NCBI RefSeq assembly: GCF_009914755.1 | Contig: NC_060926.1 | DNA: 64,000 bases | Origin: the human T2T-CHM13v2.0 reference genome, Homo sapiens | Strand: one strand, 5' to 3' | Part shown: positions 1 through 64,000 of the stretch, piece by piece | How the letters are laid out: every line of letters begins with the position of its first letter | How positions within the stretch are numbered: the stretch's first letter is position 1 | The notes under the pieces: generated by a model | Databases searched by the model: none | What the model saw: only the letters and a program-made list of their open reading frames with translations | Told to the model about the DNA's origin: nothing | Made by a program: the position numbers and the translations under genes

Positions 1-279
1 CCAGCAATCCTTCTGCCTTGGCCTCCCAAATTGCTGGGATTACAGGTGTGAGCCACTGTGCCTGGCCCAGATGGAATTCTTGATTCTTCTTCCTTGCAGT
101 GTTCCCTATCTCAGGAAATGATGCTCCCATTCACCCAGCTGCTCAGGCCCCCAATTTAGGAGTCATCATTGACTATTTTTTTCCCCTCACACCATCTACA
201 CTGTCACTAAGTCTAGTCAGCTCTCTTTTCAAATTACAAAATGCCTTGACATATTCTCACCACTTCTACAGCTAACAAA

Positions 280-865
<586 letters not shown>

Positions 866-996
866 TAGTACAAACCATTGTCATCTCACAGAAACCACTG
901 TGATGCCTTCTAGAGTGCTGTCCCCACTTCTAGTTTTGCATTTTTATAGTGTCTTTCCTACCCAGCAATCAAGGTGATCTTTTAAAAACATAAGTC

Positions 997-1388
<392 letters not shown>

Positions 1389-3346
1389 CTACCAGGTCCA
1401 CCCAGCCCTACCCCACCCCTGCCTACTCGTCCCCGTGCATCTCCCACCACTCTCACCCTTGATCATCCCTCTCCACTGGCCTCTTCATGCATTTCCTGGA
1501 ACACACCAAATACACTCCCACCTTGTGATGTTTGCACTTATGTCCTCTGCTGGAATGTTTCTCCTTTCTCTCTATCTGCATGACTTGCTCTTCATTTAGG
1601 ATTTGCTCAGTTGTTTCTCATCCCGGAGTTCTTCCCTGACCACCCCACGTGCAGGGCCCCTCTCCTGTCACTCTCTGTCTCTCTATCCTGCTCTATTTTG
1701 CTTTATAGCATTACCTGAGATTCTGTTTACTTATGTATTGCCTGTCTCCCTCACTAGAACATAAGCTTCTTGAGGGCAGAGACTGTGTCCATCTAGTTTC
1801 TTCCACTGTCCTCAACAGCCTACAACAGTGCCTGGCACAGATTAGGCGCTAGTAGATATTACATGGATACATGAACGATTTGGATTCTCAAAAGAGGAGT
1901 AGTTCTTTCTTGAGAAACATGCAAAACAACAACAACAAAAAGTATATATAAAAAAGGAGGGGGTGTGGAGCTAACTCAGGCGTCTGGTTCCTAACAGGCT
2001 GAAAAGGCAGATGACCTCCTGACCCTCAAACTCCTCTAAGCTTAAGGAAATCCTTTCCAGGCTTTGTGAACATGGTCCTCAGTAGTTCCAGAGGATAGAG
2101 CAGCCTGAATGTTTCAAATTTGGTGACAAGGTATAGGAAGGGCCATGTAAGGAGTCATGTGAGAGTGTGTGGTACACTCTGGATATGAAGATTTAAGCAA
2201 GGAATTGACATAGTCTAATTGATGTTTTGTAAAGGTAATTCTGGCAGCAGTAGAGTAGTAGAAGGTTGGAGACAGAAAGCACCAGATGTAAGATTATTAT
2301 AGAATTTCAGGCAAATGATGTTTGGGGTTTGAGCTAAGGAAGTGGCAGTGGGGATAAAAGGCAAATCTTAGAGATGTCAACAAGGAGGCATTCTTGGGAC
2401 CTGGTGACCAACTCAGTTGGCATAAGAAAAGAAGTGGGAGTCTATGTGACTTCAGGGTTCTGGTTTTGATGGTATCATTCCACCAAGACAGCACAGAAAG
2501 AGAAGAGTGAATTGGGGATCATGAGTTTGATTTTTCAGCTTTTATGTTTGAGATGACTAAAAGACTTCTAGCTGATGTTTTCCAGCAGGAGAGCTCAGAA
2601 AAAAACTGCAGGTCTGGAGAGACAGATTTGGGGTCTGCGTCTGTGTGTAAGTGGCAGTTGGGATGTGTAAGTGCTGTTGTGCCTTTGGTGGTTCAGGAAG
2701 AGGGCATGATGGTGAGAGAATAAGGACAAAGGATAGAACCACTGTTTCAGAGCAAAGGAAGATAAGCTAATAAAGGAGATAGAGGGGATGAATAGAGAGA
2801 GAGAAGAAAGTGATATTTCAGAAGCAAAAATAACATCAAGGAGAATTTCAAGAGGAAGACAGATTAGCAATGTCAAATACCATGTGAGAGGTGGCATGAT
2901 GAGGACCAAGGGATGACACTGGCTTTGACAACTAAGAAGTTATTTGTTACTTCTGATGGGTTTAGTGAAGTGGTGGGGGCAGAAGCCTCAGTGGCAGGCT
3001 GAGAGCTGAGGAAGTGGTATGCAAGAATAGGTCATTCATTTCCTTTTAAGGCACAGATTCAGTGATGTAATTAGCTCATGACTTCAATTACCATTGCAAA
3101 GAAACAATTTTATATCTGAAAGCAGGCTTGAGTACTTTTTGGTATTCAGTAGAATTTTCTTCAAATGGAAATAGTCTTTCCAGAAATAGTCCAATTTCCA
3201 GTCTGTTTATTCTTATTCAATCTTCCCTCAGTCAGCGGTATTGCTGGGGACAGCAAGTGATAGAACATGGTGTGGCTGAATTTAAGGAATTGCATTTCCT
3301 ACCCCAGGACGACCTGTAAACATTAAGTATACTCCACCATTCTGAC

Positions 3347-60008
<56,662 letters not shown>

Positions 60009-60212
60009 CTATAGAGAACAAAAGAGCAAAATTACACACATACCTTCAATCAGAACTTTTACACTCTCCTCAGGGGTCCCCAGATATACACAATACAAAC
60101 TGGATTGTCAAGTATCTTACAAAAGATGACAATGAATGTGAGGAGATTCTCCATTTTCTATAGTATTTACCAGAGTTCATTATATCAGACCTGCTGGAAA
60201 AAAACCTTATCA

Positions 60213-60392
<180 letters not shown>

Positions 60393-61612
60393 TCAGGAGG
60401 CTGAGGCAGGAGAATCACTTGAACTTGGAGGTAGAGGTTGCAGTAAGCCAAGATTGTGCCACTGCACTACAGCCTGGGCAACAGAGCGAGATTCCGTTTA
60501 AAAAAAAAAACAACAACAAAACTTAACAGATTCTTAATCATTAATTCTGGCTTCACTAACTCAAGAATCCTTAGGAAAAAGCAATGCTAATGATGGTTTC
60601 CTCTGCACTATAGGACATGAAGAGCATTTCATTTCATTCTGCATTAAAATCTGAAAACCACTGAGTTTCATTCTTCCTTGTGAATATTAAGGCCCCATTT
60701 CTAAAATACCCAATTATCTTTATTTCTGATTATTAAAAAAAAAAAAAAAAAGGCCAGGGGCATTGGCTCACACCTGTAATTCCAGCACTTTAAGAGGCTG
60801 AAGTGGTAGGATTGCTTAAGCCCCAGGAGTTCGAGACCAGCCTGGGCAATATAGCAAGATCCTGTCTCTATTTAAAAAAAAAGAAATAAAAAAATTACAC
60901 AGCATATATAATCTCTTATGATTTGTCTGATCATTAGGAAATGATCAGTTAAACATGAGGGGGAGTTGGGAGTTTCACATGCTCCTATCTTAAAGTCATC
61001 CTTTATCTTAAAGTCAGCCTTTCTATTTGTAAACTATATGCCAATCTCTTTAATCTCCTCAAGGAAATCATTCCAGCACTTATCCCCCTTTCTAAATCAC
61101 TGGTTTTTCATTCTTCTTTGGATCATTCCCATCAGCATACAGACATACTATAAGGTCTACCCTCTTAAAAAAATGAAACCAAGCCAAATCCTCCCTTGAG
61201 TGCACATCTCCCTGTAGCTACTGACCCATCTCTCCTCCCTCTAGCTCCCTTATAGTAAAACTTCTCATTTAGGTTATCAAAATCATTGTCTCTGTCTCCA
61301 TTTTCTTTCCTCTTCTCTCTGAAACACAACCCAATCAGTATTTCCTATGCTACTACAGCTCTTGTCAAGGTTAACCATGATACCCACATTGTCAAATGCA
61401 GTGGACAATTCTTAGTGCACATTTTCCTTGACCTACCAGAAGCATTTTTCCACAAATGTGTACCCTCTTTAAGCATACAATTCGATCTTATTGGCTACTC
61501 TCCTTTAAAACACCTTTGTCCCTTGGCTTCCAAAAACCACTCTCTTAGTTTCCTACTTCATTGGCAGCTCCTTCTCAATCCCCTTTGTTTTTCATACTTT
61601 CTCTTAGCTTTA

Positions 61613-62160
61613 TTTATTTTTTAACTAAAAATTTTTATTGATACATAATAATTGTACATTCTTTATACGGTTGATAATGGTTTGGCTGCAAGTCAAATCT
61701 CATCTTCAATTGAAGTTCCCATAATCCCCACATGTTATGGGAGGGAACCGGTTGGAGGTAGTTGAATCATGGGGGCAGTCTCCCCCATGCTATTCTCGTG
61801 ATAGTGAGTAACTTCTCACGAGATCTGATGGTTTTATAAGGGGTGTCCCCCTTTACTTGGCTCTCATTCTTCTTTCTCCTGCCACCTTGTGAAGAAGGAT
61901 GCTTTTGCTTCCCCTTTCAGCATGATTGTAAGTTTCCTGAGGCCACCCCAGCCCTGTGGTACTGTGAGTCAATTAAACCTCTTTCCTTTATAAATTACTC
62001 AGTCTTGGGTATGTCCTTATAGCAGCGTGAGAATGGACTAATACAGGGGTACATGTGCTATTTTGATACATGCATACAATGTGTAGTGATCAAATCAGGG
62101 TAATTAGGATATCTAACACCTCACACATTTATCATTTCTTTGTGTTGGGAACATTCCAAA
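61613..62160 (-). mobile_element. L1MA 3'-end fragment (hosting the THE1 LTR), itself inserted into L2
   Basis: ttttattgatacataataattgtacat..[LTR]..ggggtacatgtg...atgtgtagtgatcaaatcagggtaatt; perfect 14-bp TSD ttctcttagcttta at 61599-61612 and 62161-62174. Confidence 0.75.
61672..62045 (+). mobile_element. THE1/MST (ERVL-MaLR) solo LTR
   Basis: TGATAATGGTTTGGCTG...AAATCTCATCTT...GTGAGTCAATTAAACCTCTTTCCTTTATAAATTACTCAGTCTTGGGTATGTC...GGACTAATACA; TG...CA ends, ~375 bp. Confidence 0.85.
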
Positions 62161-63388
62161 TTCTCTTAGCTTTAAAACCTAGAGTGTCCCAGGGCTCAAA
62201 CATCAGATACCTTCTCTATTCGATTTTATCCAGACTCAGAACTTTAGCATTTATCTATAGAAGACTCACACATTTACATCTCCAGCCTAGATCTTTTTCT
62301 TGAACCTCAGATTTATATATTAAATTATCTATTTTATATCTACACTTGGAGAACATCTCCTAACTGGTCTCCTTGCTTTCAACTCATGCCCCTTTATAGT
62401 TTATTCTCTACAAAGCACACCCAGTCAATGCTATTGAGTATAGATTCATAGACTGTACACTGCACAAAGGTTCCTGGCTGGGAGGGAAGAAGAGGGAGGA
62501 AGGGACAGCAAAATCCGGTCCATGTTCTGCTGGCTAAGCCATGATCCTGGTGTGGGGCTATAACTGTCCAAAGGAAGGAGCACCATTTTCTAATTCACAT
62601 AAAGGCATACACTGAATAGAAACAACTCTGGCCAGACTGACTGATAATATCACACACCCTTGCCTCAAACCCTCCAAAGGCCTTCTGTCTTACTTCATGT
62701 AAAAGCCAAAGTCCTAATAATGGCCCATGAAGTCCTATACAGTCTGGCCTTTCTGATCTAATTGCCTACCACTTGCCTTCTTGCCCACTCATTCTAGCCA
62801 CATGGTTCTTTGCTATTTCCTAAACCTTCCAAGCACATTCTTGCCTTAAGAAATTGCTCTTCCCTCTGCCTTGAATGCTGTACTCAGAACTTCACAGCTT
62901 ATTCCTTTACTTACTTCTTGCCTCTCTTCACGTGATACCTTATTAGGGGGGCTTTCTACATAAATTAACAATTCTATTTTGGTATTTTATATCCCTGTTA
63001 CACTCCTTTATTTCTCTCCATAGCATGCGGCACCTGGTAATGTTATACATTTGTTTATGGTTTTTCTATCTCAAATCCCATTCTATCTAGATAAGGACAA
63101 TATTTTACTCCCTGCTGCAATTCCAAGTCCCTAAAACAGTGCCTGGTGCATGGTAGGCATTCAGTAAATACTTACCAAATGAATGAACATCTACGGACTC
63201 CAAGAACCTATAATGTCCATGTTTTGAAAAACTATGGAGCTGCAGCTAACTCAGAAGTTAGGTTCTTGGCTAGGCACAGTGGCTCACGCCTGTAATTCCA
63301 ACACTATGGGAGGCCAAGGCAGGAGAATCGCTTGAGCCCAGGAGTTCAAGACCAGCCTGGGCAACATAGAGAGACTATGCTGCTTGCT

Positions 63389-63811
63389 ATTTATAAAGTC
63401 TATAGTAGTGTACAGTAATATCCCTAGGCCTTCACATTCACTCACCACTTCCTCACTGACTCACCCAGAGCAAAATCCAGTCCTGCAACTTCCATTCACG
63501 GTAAGTGCCCTACATAGGTATCATTTTTAATCTCTTATACTCTATTTTTACTATACCTTTTCTACAACTAGACATGTTTAGATACACAAATACTTACCAT
63601 TGTGTTATAATTGCTTAGAGTATTCAGTACAGCAACATGCTGTATAGATTTGTAGTCTAGGAGCAATTGGCTACATCATACAGCCTAGGTGTGTTGTAGG
63701 TTGTACCATCTGGGGTTGTGTAAGTACATTCTATGATGTTTGCACAACAATGAAATTGCCTAACAATGCATTTTTCAGAACACATCTCTGTCACTAAGTG
63801 ATGCCTAATTG
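63389..63811 (+). mobile_element. Tigger3/Golem-type non-autonomous DNA transposon (3' part)
   Basis: Characteristic CCTAGGCCTTCACATTCACTCACCAC...TCACCCAGAGCAA segment and degenerate TIR GTCACTAAGTGATGCCTAATTG followed by TA. Confidence 0.75.
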
Positions 63812-64000
63812 TAGTTATACTGTATAACATGCAATAGCAAAACATTTACTTTTATTAAATACTCATTAGAATTACTAGAATTCCCATAATTTATTCATTA
63901 GTTAAAAGTTGAACAGGAGAGAAACCTAGATAAGGCATCTGTTACTGGTCACCACATGTAACACCATCAGATGATGGCTGATTTGGCTGGAAAATACACA

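Larger units (their letters stand above)
61200..63190. mobile_element. L2 fragments
   Basis: gctcttgtcaaggttaaccatga...ttgacctaccagaagcattt...aacagtgcctggtgcatggtaggcattcagtaaatac. Confidence 0.55.

Overview
Human (primate) genomic DNA, very Alu-rich, covering the internal part of DHX57 (DExH-box RNA helicase 57) on the minus strand. I reconstructed 20 consecutive GT-AG coding exons (60008 down to 3347, 3592 nt, phases consistent throughout; probably exons 3-22). They encode UBA, RWD with an embedded CCCH zinc finger, helicase motifs I-VI, HA2 and the start of the OB-fold region. The start and stop codons lie outside the window. The introns contain a near full-length processed argininosuccinate synthase pseudogene (ASS1P2) in sense orientation, a near full-length decayed Tigger2 transposon, Tigger3/Tigger4/MER3 MITEs, a THE1/MST solo LTR nested in L1 inside L2, tailless U2 snRNA and tRNA-Gln retro-fragments, and roughly 70 Alu copies or fragments. 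Most short ORFs in the supplied track are Alu artefacts. The most interesting observations are: (1) a degenerate ancient copy of the Walker-A exon hidden in an upstream intron, with its splice acceptor retained; (2) a cryptic acceptor in the ASS1 pseudogene 5'UTR that would fuse DHX57 in frame to the ASS1 N-terminus as an alternative last exon; (3) an exon junction that recreates a strong 5' splice site; (4) a triple-repeat tRNA-half insertion site. No prokaryote-type system (CRISPR etc.) is present. Exon numbers and repeat subfamily names come from recall rather than database searches, and repeat boundaries are approximate.
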